From the human T2T-CHM13v2.0 reference genome, Homo sapiens: DNA of 64,000 nucleotides. The stretch lies in the NCBI RefSeq assembly GCF_009914755.1, contig NC_060927.1; one strand, written 5' to 3'. Made by a program: the position numbers and the translations under genes. The notes beneath the pieces were generated by a model. That model was not told where the DNA came from and searched no databases. It worked only from the letters and a program-made list of their open reading frames with translations. Below are positions 27,789-47,464 of this stretch, piece after piece. The stretch's first letter is position 1. The number at the start of each line of letters is the position of its first letter.

Positions 27789-27791
<3 letters not shown>

Positions 27792-27832
<41 letters not shown>
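27792..27832. repeat. (GT)n microsatellite
   Basis: Direct reading. Confidence 0.95.
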
Positions 27833-27836
<4 letters not shown>

Positions 27837-30111
27837 CTTTAGGGTTTTCTACATATAAGATCTTGTCATGTGAGGAAAAAGGCAATTTACTCCTTCATTT
27901 CCAATTTAGATGCGTTTTATTTCTTTTTCTTGCCCAATTGCTTTGGCTAGGACTTCCAATACTGTAGCCTCTGCCTTTTGGGCTTAAGCAATCCTCCTAC
28001 CTCAGCCTTCCAAGTAGCTGGGACCAGGCACATGCCACCATGTCTGGCTAATTTTTGTATATTTTGTGGAGATGGGGTTTTGCCATGTTGCCCCGGCTGG
28101 TCTCAAACTCCTGAACTCAAGCAATCTGCCCACCTCAGCCTCCCAAAATGCTGAGATTACATACATGAGCCACTGCACCCAGCCTAACTTTTAAGGAATT
28201 ATCAAACTGTTTTTGGAGTGGCTACACTATTTTGTATTCTCCCCAGTTGCTCCACAACTGGAACTCTCATCAGTATTTGGTATTATCATTTGTTTGTTTT
28301 TGGTTTTTGCCTCTCTAGTAGGTGTGTAGTGATATCTCATGGTAGTTTTGAGTTGTGCTTCGCTAATGGCTAATGATATTGAGCATCTCTTACTGTGCTT
28401 ATTGGCCGTTTGTATATCATCTTTGGAGAAATATCTGTTCAAATCTTTTGCCCATTTTTAAATCAGTCATTTGTTTTCTTACAGCTTCCTACAATTGATA
28501 TCTATCTACCTATTCTGAATACAAGCTCTATGTTGAATATGTGATTTGCAAATATTTTCTCCCAGTGTGAGATGTCTTTTCATTCTCTTAACAGTGCCTT
28601 TTGCAAAGAAAAAAGTTTAAATTGTGATGAAACTGAATTTATCACTTTTTTTTTATGGATCATGTATTGGTGTCATATCTACAAACTCCTTGCTTACTGT
28701 CAGGTTGCAAAGTTTTCTTTTATTTTTTTTCTAAAGTTTTATAGTTTTACATTTAGATCTATGGTCCACTTTGAGTTAATTTTTGTTTAAGGTGTGAGGT
28801 TTAGATCCGAGTTTTTTTGGCATCTGGTTGTTCAGTTGTTTCAACATCATTTGGTGAAAAGACTATCTTTTCTTCATTGAATTGCCTTCGGGCCCTCGTC
28901 AAAATCAATTGGCCATTTTGAGTGGATCTATTTTTGGACTCTGTATTCTGATCCATTGATCTTGTGTTTATCCCTTCTTCAATATTATTCAGTGTTGATT
29001 ACTGTAGTTAAATAGTAATTTTGATAATTAGAGTGAGTCTTCCAACCTTGCTTTTTTTTTGAGACAGAGTCTCACTCTGTCACCCAGGCTGGAGTACAGT
29101 GGCGTGATCTCAGCTCACTACAATCTCTGCCTCCCAGGTTCAAGTGCCTCAGCCACCCAAGTGGCTGGGATTACAGGTGTGTGCCACGAGGCCTAGCTAA
29201 TTTTTATATTTTTAGTACAGATGGGGTTTCACCATGTTGGCCAGGCTGGTCTTGAACTCTTGGCCTCAAGTGATCTGACTGCCTTGGCCTCGGGGATTAC
29301 AGGTGTCGGCCACCACACCTGGTCTGCTCTTCTTTTTCAAAATTGTTTTAGAATCAGCTTATCTGCATCTACAAAAAAAATCTTGATAGAATATCTATTA
29401 GAATAGTGTTAAATCTGTAGAACATTTTGGGGAAATTGTCATCCTAACTATACTGAATGAATGTTACCATTCACAAGTGTAGTCTTTTCTTCATTTGCTT
29501 AGGTGTTCTTTGATTTCTTTCATCAGTGTTTTATAGTTTTCAGTATATCGATTCTGCACATTTTATTAGATTTCTGCCTAAGTATTTTGTTTAAGGTTTT
29601 GTCAATACTGTTTTAAAAAAATTTCAATTGAATTCAGATCAGAATCCAGTCAGTTACTGCTACTATTTTGAAACACAATTGATTTTCATGTGTTGATATT
29701 ATGTCCTACAGTCTTGATGAACTCATTTATTATTTTTAGGAGCTTTTCTATACATTCCATGGAATTGTCAGCATAGACAATAAAGTTGTCTGTGAAAAAC
29801 ACAATTTCTGTCCTTCTAAAATGCATGTCTTTTGTTTGTTTTTCTTGTCTTATTGCTGGTCTTCTAGTACAATATTAAATAGGAGTGGTGAGAATGAATA
29901 ACCTTGTCTTGTTCCTGATCTCAGAGGGAAAGTGTTCAATCTTTCAACATTAAGTATGATGCTTGTTTTTGTTTTTTTTGCAGATGCCCTTATTCAGGCT
30001 AAGGAAGCTCTCTTCTGTTCCTAGTTTGCTGAGTCCTTTTACCAGAATGACCACTGAATTTTGTGAGATGCTTTGTCTACATCAGTTTATTTGATTGATT
30101 TTTTTCTTTAG

Positions 30112-30363
<252 letters not shown>

Positions 30364-30624
30364 TGATCCGCCCACCTCAGCCTCTCAAAGTGCTGGGATT
30401 ACAGGCATGAGCCACCGTGCCTGGCCTCTTTAACATGGTGGATTACATTAATTGATTTTCAAATATTGAACCATCCTTGAATTCTTGGTATAAACCTTGC
30501 TTGCTCATGGTAAGATATGCACACATGCATGTATATTGGTGGATTTAATTTGCTAATATTTTGTTGAGATTCATGTCTATGTTCATGAAAGATCTTCGGT
30601 TTGGTTTTTTTTTTTTTTTTTTGA

Positions 30625-30957
<333 letters not shown>

Positions 30958-31365
30958 TAATGTTGGCCTCACAAAATGAACTGGGAAGTGTTCTCTCCTC
31001 TTTTGTTTTCTGGATGAGATTGTGTAGAATTGGTGTTATTTCTTCTTTAAATGTTTGTTAGAATTTGTGAGTGAAACTACCTGGAGATGTCTTTTTCAGG
31101 GGCTTTTAGCTACAAATTCAAGTTCTTTACCAGATAGAGAACTATTCAGGGTATCTATTTGTTCTTGGGAAAATTGAGGTCATTTGTATCTGTCAAGGAA
31201 TTGGTCCACTTCTTCTAAGTTACCAAGTTTTTATGCCTTGGTTTGTCATAATATTCACTTATGAGCCTTTTAAAGTGTCGAGGAAGGAATCTGTAGTGAT
31301 ATTTCTTCTTTCATTCCTGAATTTAGTAGTTTCTGTCCTTTCTATTTCATTGTCAGTCTGGCTAA

Positions 31366-31581
<216 letters not shown>

Positions 31582-31859
31582 TAGCCAGGATGGTCTCGAT
31601 CTCCTGACCTAATGATCTGCCCATCTCGGCCTCTCAAAGTTCTGGGATTACAGGTGTGAGCCACCGTGCCTGGCAGATATTTTTTATTTTAGCAGGTAAC
31701 CTAGAAGGTGAAATTCAGGTCAGAAATTTCAACTGGCTTTGTGTGAGCTGTGATTCCAAGTAAAGCTTTGAAAGTATTTGCAGGGCTATTCAGATCAGTC
31801 CCACCTGTGTGCCCCCAAGTCTGGCCAAACTATAATTGGCTTCTACTAAATTGAGGTCA

Positions 31860-32204
<345 letters not shown>

Positions 32205-32582
32205 TCACTTGAGGTGAGGAGTTCAAGAACAGCCTGGCCAACATGGTGAAACCCCCGTCTCTACTAAAAATACAAAAATTAGCTGGGTTAGCTGGGCGTG
32301 GTGGCACACCCACAGTAATCCCAGCTACTCGGGAGGCTGAGCCAGGAGAATTGCTTAAACTGAGGAGGCAGAGGCTGCCTCTGAGACTGCGTCACTGCAC
32401 TCCATAGCGAAATTCCGTCTCCAAAAAAAAAAAGTTCCATCAAAATGGTGGAAAGTTTACATATTTTTTTCCCCTGCAGTATTGCCCAGCCTGGACTCAA
32501 AGACAGCTGCCGGAAACTCAGAAGCCTGTAGTAGGTCCAGACGGGAAGCGTTCCAAGAGAAGCCTTCTCTTTTTCATCTGGG

Positions 32583-32584
<2 letters not shown>

Positions 32585-32641
<57 letters not shown>

Positions 32642-32646
32642 CGCGC
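32585..32646. repeat. (GT)n(GC)n alternating purine-pyrimidine tract
   Basis: Direct reading. Confidence 0.95.
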
Positions 32647-33561
32647 CCCCGCGTCTGCTAGGGAGCGGCAGAGAGAATCCCATTTTGGTTTTTGCTTTCT
32701 TTTTCTATTTTCCTCTGCCCCTGCCAGGAGGCAATACCTTGGAGTTGGTGGCAGCAGCGAGTGGGCAGGCACTTAACATTATGGAGGGATATTTGTCACT
32801 AACCAGAGGAGCTGTGGTCCAAGAGTGCGTGCGCGGGGGAGTGGGTAATCCCCGTTGCCTTTTTCTGTGTTCTCTATTGGTTCCAGATTCAGTTCCGTGG
32901 GGAAAGTGTGCACCAGGACAGGGAGACTAAAGCTCCACTGTGGCCTGAATTTTGCCCCCTCCCCACACAGCCAAATTTATATATTTAAATGGAAACAAAT
33001 TCAATTGGGCTGCTATCACCACATTCATATGGTAATAGATAGAGGATGTGTTTACCTTCTCTGGAGTCAGACCCTAGACTTTGGCTTGAATATTAGCCTT
33101 GAAAACACACTTATGCTCTGTGCTTTGTATTTTCATTACAAATACATCTTGGAGGACTTTACTTCAGTACCAGTATGTTTCACTCATTCATCTTCACAGC
33201 TTTATAGTATTCCAGAGTGTGGCTGTATTATAACTCATTTAACTTATGTCCTATTTTTTTTTTCGAGACAGAGTCTCGCTCTGTCCCCCTGGCTGGAGTG
33301 CAGTGGCGTGATCTCGGCTCACTGCAACTTCCCCCTCCCGGGTGCAAGCAATTCTCCCTGCCTCAGCCTCCCCAGAAGCTGAGATTACAGGCACCCACCA
33401 CCACACCCAGCTAATTTTGTTTGTTTGTTTTTGTATTTTTAGTAGAGACGGGGTTTCACCATGTTAGCCAGGATGGTCTCAATCTCCTGACCCGGTGATC
33501 CACCCTCCTCGGCCTCCCAAAGTGCTGGGATTACAGGCGTGGGCTACCACACCCGGCCTAA

Positions 33562-33696
<135 letters not shown>

Positions 33697-34305
33697 TGAT
33701 GTCCTATTAATCATCATTCTGGTTGCTTCTAGCCTTTACTAATACAAACGTGGTGCAATAAGATGACTTGTCCATATGTTTTCATATGCATATAAATATC
33801 TGTGAATAATTTCTAGAGGAAGAATATCAAGGTCAAAGTAACTACTGCATATGCATTTTAAATTGTGTTCAATATTGTCACATTGCCTTGCAAATTTGCC
33901 CTCCCATAAGCAATACCTGAAAGTGCCTATTTCTCCACGCCCTTGCCAATATACTTCATGTGCACATGTTCCCACTTTGAGTCACCTCCATTACATTTCC
34001 ACTGGCAGAACAGGCATCCCACTTCTACCACTCATTAGCTGTGTGACTTTGAGCTTATTGCTTGTGACTATTATGGGAATAATAGTAGTGCTCATCTCAT
34101 AGGGCTGTGATGAGGGCTCAGTGAGTTAATGTTTGTAAAGCTGCTCACTCGGTGTCTGCCACATAGTAAGTGCTGTATAAATGTTAATTGATTAATTAAT
34201 TTTAAAACATGAATTAAGGTCTCCCAAGAAGAACTCACCAAAAAAAGCAGAACTCAAGTCAGGGAAAAATGCCTGCTTTGTAGAGGGGTTGAGGTGATCA
34301 GGTTA

Positions 34306-34449
<144 letters not shown>

Positions 34450-35114
34450 TTAAAAAAAAAAAAAGTATTTTGCACAGTGCCTGGCACACAGTGAATGCTC
34501 AGCAAATGCTCTTATTTTTGTTAGGGTTTCCTTGGTTTTCTTTGTGGGCCCTTCCACAGCAAGTGGCTGTGAATTGTTACCGAAGGATGATGCATCTGGG
34601 GCTGCTGTGACCCTGCATGAGGGAACTCTTCTCCTCTAGGAACGGTCACACGTGGGCAGGGTCAGGCCCCATGGAGCAGCCGTCTGGTGGTGGAGAAGGC
34701 ACACATGGCTTATAGGGATTTGCTCTCCCTGGTGCCCAGTGTGGTAGCAACAGAACCAAGGCAATGGAAAAACAGGGCCTTTGAGGGGCAGAGGAGTTCC
34801 CTAGTTTTCTCTCCCCAAGGACTGGAGTAAGGTCTGGGCTTATGCGCAGTTGCCAGAAAGATCTGAGACCCCAGAGTCACATTGGATGTGGCTAACAGAG
34901 CAGGTGGTGACTCAACTGGTTTACCTTGAAAAATAAGAGATGGGACTTAGGGCCCTGGATGGGTGGAGGGTGAGTCTGGCCAAACATAATTCAGTACATG
35001 GTTAAAAACCAAGTCGTTAGAAATGTTAACTAGATCTGTAAACATATCTGTATCTCATATGTACCATACTGTGTATGTTAGTATGTGTATATACATATAA
35101 TATACTACAATGTT

Positions 35115-36250
<1,136 letters not shown>

Positions 36251-36374
36251 TGATACATATACATATGTGTGATAGATAGCATATGTAATATAATATACAC
36301 ATATGTAACGTGTTATATACATGTTCTGTATGTTGAATATACATGTGTATAGAGAACAAGAAAGAGAGACATAG

Positions 36375-36731
<357 letters not shown>

Positions 36732-38861
36732 TGAATTATATTGTATATTTATGTTATATTATGTGATGAAACATAGATATGTTAACACATATTATGTGTA
36801 GTGTAGTATATTAATATATGTATATTATACTGCACATACATATTATATGATATATTTAGAGATACAGTTAGCATCTCTTCTTGGTTTTTACCACATACTT
36901 ACATTTTATATTTTATATATATTATTTATTTATTTATTTATTTATTTTGAGACAGAGTCTCACTCTGTCAAACCTGTGCCGCCCGGGTTCAAGTTATTCT
37001 CCTGCCTCAGCCTCCCGAGTAGCTGGGGTTATAGGCATCTGCCACCGTGCCCGGCTAATTTTTGTATTTTTAGTAGAGACGGGGTTTCACCATCTTGGCC
37101 AGGCTGGTCTTGAACTCCTGACCTCGTGATCCACCTGCCTCGGCCTCCCAAAGTTCTAGGATTACAGGCGTGAGTCACTGTGCCCGGCCTTATTTTATAT
37201 TATTTTAATATTTTGTACTTATGTATTTCTGACATCAGAAAATTGCCAAACCTATTACAAGAGAGGCCATGAGAAAGGGTGGCTATTTGTAGGCATGAAG
37301 CCATTTTCTAGGAGCAGCCAGGGAAGGGTTAAGAGTCATGGCCGCCTAGGCCTCCTCCAGCCCAGTGGTCTGCCTGTAAGTGTTGTCTGGAGGCCCTGCC
37401 GCTTTCCTGCAGGGTGTGATGATCCCTTTTACTCTGCGCCTGCCGGGAGCCATAGAGAAGTTGAGAGAGGGGTGGAAAAGGGGAAAGAGGGCTGGCTTGG
37501 GGAAAGAGGGCTGGCTTGGGAAAAGACTCAGATGAAATCAAAGGTGCTGAGTTTACTGTGGGACCTAAGAATGAATGAAGGGAAATCTGAGAGCCACCAC
37601 AGCATTTCTTGAGCAATGTGCTTGGCGCTGCGCCAGGTATTTTATGCCCTTCTCCTCATTTAATTTAACCCTCCCTCACAACGCCTCTCAGAGGTGGTTA
37701 CTATTAATTATTAATAAACTTATTTGGATAGATGACATACACACAGTATACAGTTGAAAGGGTCCAAAGACTTTACTGTGAAAGGTGAGTCTAAGAGAAG
37801 TCGGACAAACGAGTATAGAGATAAAGCAAATACAAACATGCTAACCACATGAAATCTAGGCGCTGAGTATGCGGGAATTTATTGCACTATTCTCTCAACT
37901 TTTCTGTTTGAAAGTTTTTCATAATAAAAGTTGAGGGGAGGGGAAAGTGAGTTTCCCTGCTGTCCCCATCTCCTTTATGCGGTTCCCCTCCCAGGAGGCC
38001 AGCACGGATACTAGTTTCCTGCTCCTACTGATACTCAGTTTATATGGGCATGCACGCATGCGTACACACGCAGGCACACACATGGGTCCATTTGGTTACT
38101 TCTGGTACCTTATTGATAGAATTTCATTTTTGAAAGCTTTAGAGGCGTAGCTTTTTAGAAAAGGGAATTCCTAAAGGTGGATCCCCACATTCGCTTTCCC
38201 AGGGGAAGGTGACTATTTTGTTGCCCAGGCTCACCCCTAGAGGTCGCCTCTTCGCTTGACTGGCAGCTGCTAGGGCAGAAGGTGCACAAACCACGGTCGG
38301 GGCTGCTCCCATGTGACTCATGAGATGCGCAGCCTTCCAAAAGTATTCACACTTATGTTTTCTGGCCTTAGCCACGTTTCTTGTGGGTTGCAATACTCAG
38401 ACACAGAACCCACATTTTGGCTTTGCAGAGGCAAAAAGCTGACAGAGGGACAGGTTGTCCAGAAAGCTTCGCCCACACACTGTACTGTAAACTTCCAGAG
38501 GATGAATAAAACACCTATTTCCAGGCACAAAAGAGACACTTCTCAGTGTCCCAAACATTTCGATGCTGATTACTTCACTAGATTAAAAAATTTTTTTTGA
38601 CTAAAGGAAAGCCGTTTTATTAAATACATTAGAACTGACTTATAGCATTGGTGTTAATGTCTCTCTGAACGATTATACCAGTCTTATGTTTTGTTCTTAT
38701 ATTTAGGGAGGCAAGATTTCATCACATTATCTCTGGGTGTGTGTGAAAAAGAACTATATTATAATAGTGTGTATATTCCTTTTTAAAAGTAATTGAATCA
38801 ATGCCAATAGATAAATGACTAGTTTAAATTAACCACACAGAAATGTTATTTGATTTTTTAA

Positions 38862-39053
<192 letters not shown>

Positions 39054-39216
39054 TAGATACAGGGGTCTTGCCATGTTGCCCAGGCTGGTCTCCTGGGCTC
39101 AAGCGATCCACCTGCCTTGGCCTCTCAAAATGCTGGGATTACAGGCATGAGCCACTGTGCCCAGCCAGAAATGTTATTTTATTAATGTTGAACATGTACA
39201 GTAACTTGAAGCAGAC

Positions 39217-39552
39217 TATTATTCTGTTTTCATGCTGCCATGAAGACATACCTGAGACTGGGTAATTTATAAGGAAAAGAGATTTAATTAATTCACAATT
39301 CCACGTGGTTAGAGAGGCCTCAGGAAACTTACAATCACGGTGGCAGGTGAAAGAAGTGAATGCTGAGCAAAGGGGGAAGCCCCTTATAAAACCATCAGAT
39401 CTCGTGAGAACTCACTCACTATCATGAGAACAGCAAGAGGGTAACTGCCTCTGATTGAATTATCTCCACCTGGTCCCTCCCATGACATGTGGGGATTATG
39501 GGAACTGCAATTCAAAATGAGATTTGTGTGGGCACACAGCCAAACCATAGCA
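39217..39552 (-). mobile_element. THE1/MST MaLR solo LTR
   Basis: Minus strand begins TGCTATGGTTTGGCTGTGTGCCCAC. Confidence 0.82.
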
Positions 39553-39572
39553 AGACTATTTTTGCCATTTAA

Positions 39573-39826
<254 letters not shown>

Positions 39827-40903
39827 TGATATGCCTGCCTTGGCCTCCCAGAGTGCTTGAATTATAGGCATGAGCTACCGTGCCTCGCCCTCCCTCTCTC
39901 TTTCTCTCTCTTTCTTTCTTTCTCTCATTCTTTTGCCATTTAGAATGTAGATATAAATATCTATTTTAGGAATTTTGAGGCTCTTTGAAAAAATGTATAT
40001 AGTGGCTTAAAACACAGATAAATATGACAACATAGCATAGCTGTTAAGAAAATCAGTTTTGATTTCAGGAATCTGCAAACACAGTCACAAAAACAATGAG
40101 TGATAAGATGATTCATGTCAACTATGATAATATTTATAACAGCAAAAAATGGAAATAACCTAAATATTCATGGGTTAGGGTCTGAATTTAGAAATACCTG
40201 GCACAGTCATGAAACAGAAAATTATAAAGATGTCAAAAGAATAAGGGAACTTTCTGTATATGAAAGGCATATCCATCTTTGCACTTCACCGGAATCTCTG
40301 CAAATGTTTATAAAGGGAAATCGGAGAAACCAGGGGATGCTTGAACCACAATTTAAAAAAAAAACTTTCTTTTTTTTTGAGACAGAGTCTTGCTCTGTCA
40401 CCAGGCTGGAGTGCAGTGGTGTGATCTTGGCTCACTGAAACCCCACAACCCGGTTCAAGCGATTCTCTTGCCTCAGCCTCAAGAGTAGCAAGGATTACAG
40501 GTGCGCACCACCACGCCCAGCTAATTTTTGTATTTTTAGTAGGGACAGGGTTTCACTATGTTGGTCAGGATGGTCTCGATCTCTTGACCTCGTGATCCAC
40601 CCGCCTTGGCCTCCCAAAGTGCTGGGATTACAGGTGTAAGCCACTGAGCCCAGCTAAAAAAAACCTTTCTATTTTGAAATAATTATAGATTCACAGGAAG
40701 TTACCAAGAGAGTACAAAGAGGTCCTGTGTGCCCTTCACCTAGTTTCTCCAATGGTTGCAGCTCAGGTAACTATAGCACAATATCAAAACAAGGCAATTG
40801 ATATTGGTACAGTGTGTGGATAGTCCTATGCTATTTTGTGGCACGTATGGAATTGGGCAACCACCACAATAAAGATGCAGAACTAGCCAGGTGCAGTGGC
40901 TCA

Positions 40904-41408
<505 letters not shown>

Positions 41409-43162
41409 TCAAGGCTAACCTTTTGTTGGAAAGCTACAACATGTTGAACAGGCCACCTGTTGTACTCTTGGCCTCTGTCCCTAGCTTGTTCTCTGTCCCA
41501 AGGCTCGCTCATTCTGGAATGTTCTACTCTCACATTCCCAATAATAAAGGCATTTAGGGTTCATAGAGAGCCATTTCAGAACCATCCCACGGATGGATCG
41601 CTGTACCTACACACCCACCCTCAGTCCCCCAACTCTGAGCCTCACATTAAAATAATGTTTTAATCCATCTATCATCCTCCCCTGCTTCCCTCTAGGGCTT
41701 TACTTGTTAGAGCACAAGGGTGAGGTCACACTCACCTGCGTTAGGAATGCAGGCTCCAGGGTCATGCTGCCCTTTCTCTTGTTCTTGGGCAAGTAACAAC
41801 TCCTAAACCTGAATTTCCTCACTTACACACTTGAGGTGATAGATAACAACAGTACCAGCCAACAAGGTCACTCAGTTATTCTGAAAATATAGAGCATCTA
41901 CTATGAGCCAGCTGAGAATATGCTGGGGAGGAAAGACAAGGCCCTGCTCTCAGGAAGCACCACAAACAGAGAAAACAGGAGTACACAGCTCAGCCCAGTC
42001 TTCAGCACGTGGCCAGCCTTTAAAAAATGTTAGTTGTTTTAATTTTTATTATATATATATTTTTTGTTGAGATTGAGTCTCACTCTGTCACCCAGGCTGG
42101 GGTGCAATGGCAGGATCTCAGCTCACTGCAACCTCCGCCTCCTGGGTTCAAGTGATCATCCTGCTTCAGCCTCCTGAGTAGGTAGGACTATAGGCGCGTG
42201 CCGCCATGACCAGCTAATTTTTGTATTTTTAGTAGAGACGGGGTTTCACCATGTTGGCCAGGCTGGTCTCGAACTCCTGACCTCAAGTGATCCGCCTGCT
42301 TTGTCCTCCCAAAATGCTGGGATTATAGGCGTGAACCACTGCGTCTGGCCTGCTTTTATTATAAATATAGTCACACACAATACTTATTTATGGACTGAAA
42401 TGGAATATGAACCCGGTATCACACACTTGGCCTAGTATATTCTTATTCATTATCAGACATTAATTATGGTTAGCTGCTAAGAGCTGTGCTGGTGTCTCAT
42501 GCCACCATGAAAGTCAGCTCAGTTGCTCACCAAGAGCACTCATTTAATGTTTAAAATCTAGGATAATTTTCTGAATTTAATATCTTGAACATCAGACTCA
42601 GTAAGGGTCTCTTGCTGTAAACATACAACTTTGAAGAAAGAGTCTTTATGTAAACTTACAAAAAAGTATCTTATTTGTCTGAAGGTTGATATATTATCAA
42701 AAGACTCCCACACAATAAACAGCAATTTCATTGCTTAGAATATACATTTCATAAATAATCAGAAATATGAGATTTAGCAGGGGAAAAGCCCCTTAGAGGA
42801 AGTTAATTTTTTAAATCGTTAAAAATGCCTAAAATGTGACTAAAAAAATAAAAAAGAATAGGGCAGCTGAATAAATGCAAAAACTCTCAAAAGAGGTCTG
42901 AATTCAAGGCAAACTGTTCATTATGCAAATTAGTCAACAGGTGAACTGGTCACCTGGCAAATTTATCATTAGAATACCTGGCTCTGGGGCCGGGCGTGGT
43001 GGCTCACCCCTGTAACCCTAGCACTTCGGGAGGCCGAGGCAGGTGGATCATCTGAGGTCAGAAGTTTGAGACCAGCCTGACAAACATGGTGAAACCCTAT
43101 CTCTACTAAAAATACAAAATTAGCCAGGCATGGTGGTGCATGCCTATAATCCCAGCTACTCA

Positions 43163-43267
<105 letters not shown>

Positions 43268-43362
43268 TCAAAAGAAAAAAAAAAACAAAGAATACATGGC
43301 TCTGGTCACAGTAGTCTGTTCCTGGGGCAGGACCAACGTGGCGGTCATGGGCAGTTTGGGCA

Positions 43363-45102
<1,740 letters not shown>

Positions 45103-47008
45103 AGACGTTGCAGGTGGAGTGTCCTGATGGCAGGGTGTGGATCACATCTCTGCTCTCAGGAGGTGGGGAGAGGGGATCTGGGGCCTCCTCGACTTCCATA
45201 GGGGAGGTTGGGCCTGCACTGTCCACCATGACCCATACAACCACAGACAGAAGTTCCTTGGTAGTAACCAGCATGTGTTCATTACAGTGAATGAAAAGAC
45301 CAGAGCAGGTAGCATGGATCTCAGCCGCAGCTCATGGACCACCCAGCGCTGGGAATTGCAGAGGTTCCCTAACCTCTCCTAAGCCTGAGTTTACTCATGC
45401 AGAAAATGCCAGGGTGGACTTGGAGGGTAGCTACAGGCCCTGTGAGCACTAAGATTTCCTGAGACTTTGCTGCTGTCCATGCCCCTCCCCTGTTTTGACC
45501 TTTCCAACAGACTGGAGGCTAGAATGAAGATAAGGAGTACCATTTTTTTGTTAGGCACTGGGAGACGGCCCAGACTTTGATATAGCAAAGGTTAATGTTC
45601 TGTCATCTCAAAGATCCATTTCCCCAGGCTGTCGGAATGTAAATGTTAAGGTGATGAAAATAGTGAAGCCTAGGTTCCGGCTCATTTGAGTCAGAGCCCC
45701 TCACCCCTCACAGTGCAACCCTGGTGCACAGGGCCTCCTCTGTGGCCTGAACCTTCATAAACTTGGGTTTAGGTTGTCAGCACTGATTTAAAGAGATTTG
45801 CTTTGTTCAGTTTGCTTCTGGGAAAGAACTGACATTCACAGCAGGGTTTGGGGGTTAAGAATGAAACCTGAGCTGGCTTCTTCCCCACTGGGTGTGTGCA
45901 GAGTGAGTCAGATGTTTGCACAGAAGGCTGTGGTGTCAAATCAAATCCACAAATTTGCAGGCCTTATGCCTTTACCACTTCAAACCGGAAAGGTGTTGCA
46001 ACATAACAGTTTTAATTGCTAAACCCTAGCTGCAAACCCAAATCTCTGGATTTAATAAGAATTGGGTGTGAAAGACTGTGAACAGTGGCAGTTTTCTGCC
46101 AGGTGAGTTTATTTGTTCCTTCATTCCCTCATTTGCTTCCTCGTTGGTGCCCAAGCCCACACCAAAGGCCTCTGGCCAGTCACTGCCTGCGCGCCCTCCT
46201 CCTGATGATGGACCTGTGGTCTCGCCTGTAGGTTTACCTTCTTTCCTGCTCTTGGTTGAGATTTGCGGACCTTTGTATCCACTGTGGTCTCCTTGGAACA
46301 AGCAACTGGAAATTCTTCACACCAGCTATGGCTGGTAGGAATTTCGGGCCACAACTCAGGTAGACAAAAAATAAAGCTTTCTTTTCTAGAACTTGACTCT
46401 GGGTTCAGGTCTTTGCTGTGCCAGACTGGTATAAAACCTCTAACCATGGTCTTTGCCGGGCACATACCCACTTCCCCAGCAACACGTATTCATTGAGTTG
46501 CCCACCATCCTTGGGGCTGAAGTAAGGCCATGATTAGGGAGGGAAATGAATCTGGCTCTGTGTCATTGGTCCACATAGTTGGTCAAGGGATCTGTTGGTC
46601 TTGCTAAGTGGCCCCTTTTGCTTCAGGGTCCTCTGCTGCTTTCCTGCCATTCTGGGGCCCTTTCTGAAGTTACCGTAATGGCTGGTTGTACCTTCCACAG
46701 GCTTCCAGACTCTGGACGGTATTCCCAGAGTCAGCTCCCTTCTGAATTGGGAGAAAGAGAGAAAGGAAAATACAAGAAGACCCAACCATGTGGATTAACA
46801 CCCTATAGCATGATCCAGGCCCACAGCCAGCTCTGTGTTTCCAGGTGGGAGATTACAGACATCTACTTTTTCAAAAGGAATAATAAACGGATAAAAAGTA
46901 ATATTTTCTAACATCTGTTAGATACAAACTGGACCTGGCACAGTAGCCTTTTGAACTGAGTACTATTATTATTTCCATTTCACAGATCAGAAAACTAAGG
47001 CTCAGTGA

Positions 47009-47464
<456 letters not shown>

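Noticed and set aside
42923-42930. ATGCAAAT octamer as an OCT4-SOX2 composite site
   Set aside because: The adjacent bases do not match the SOX half-site, and a lone 8-mer is expected by chance.
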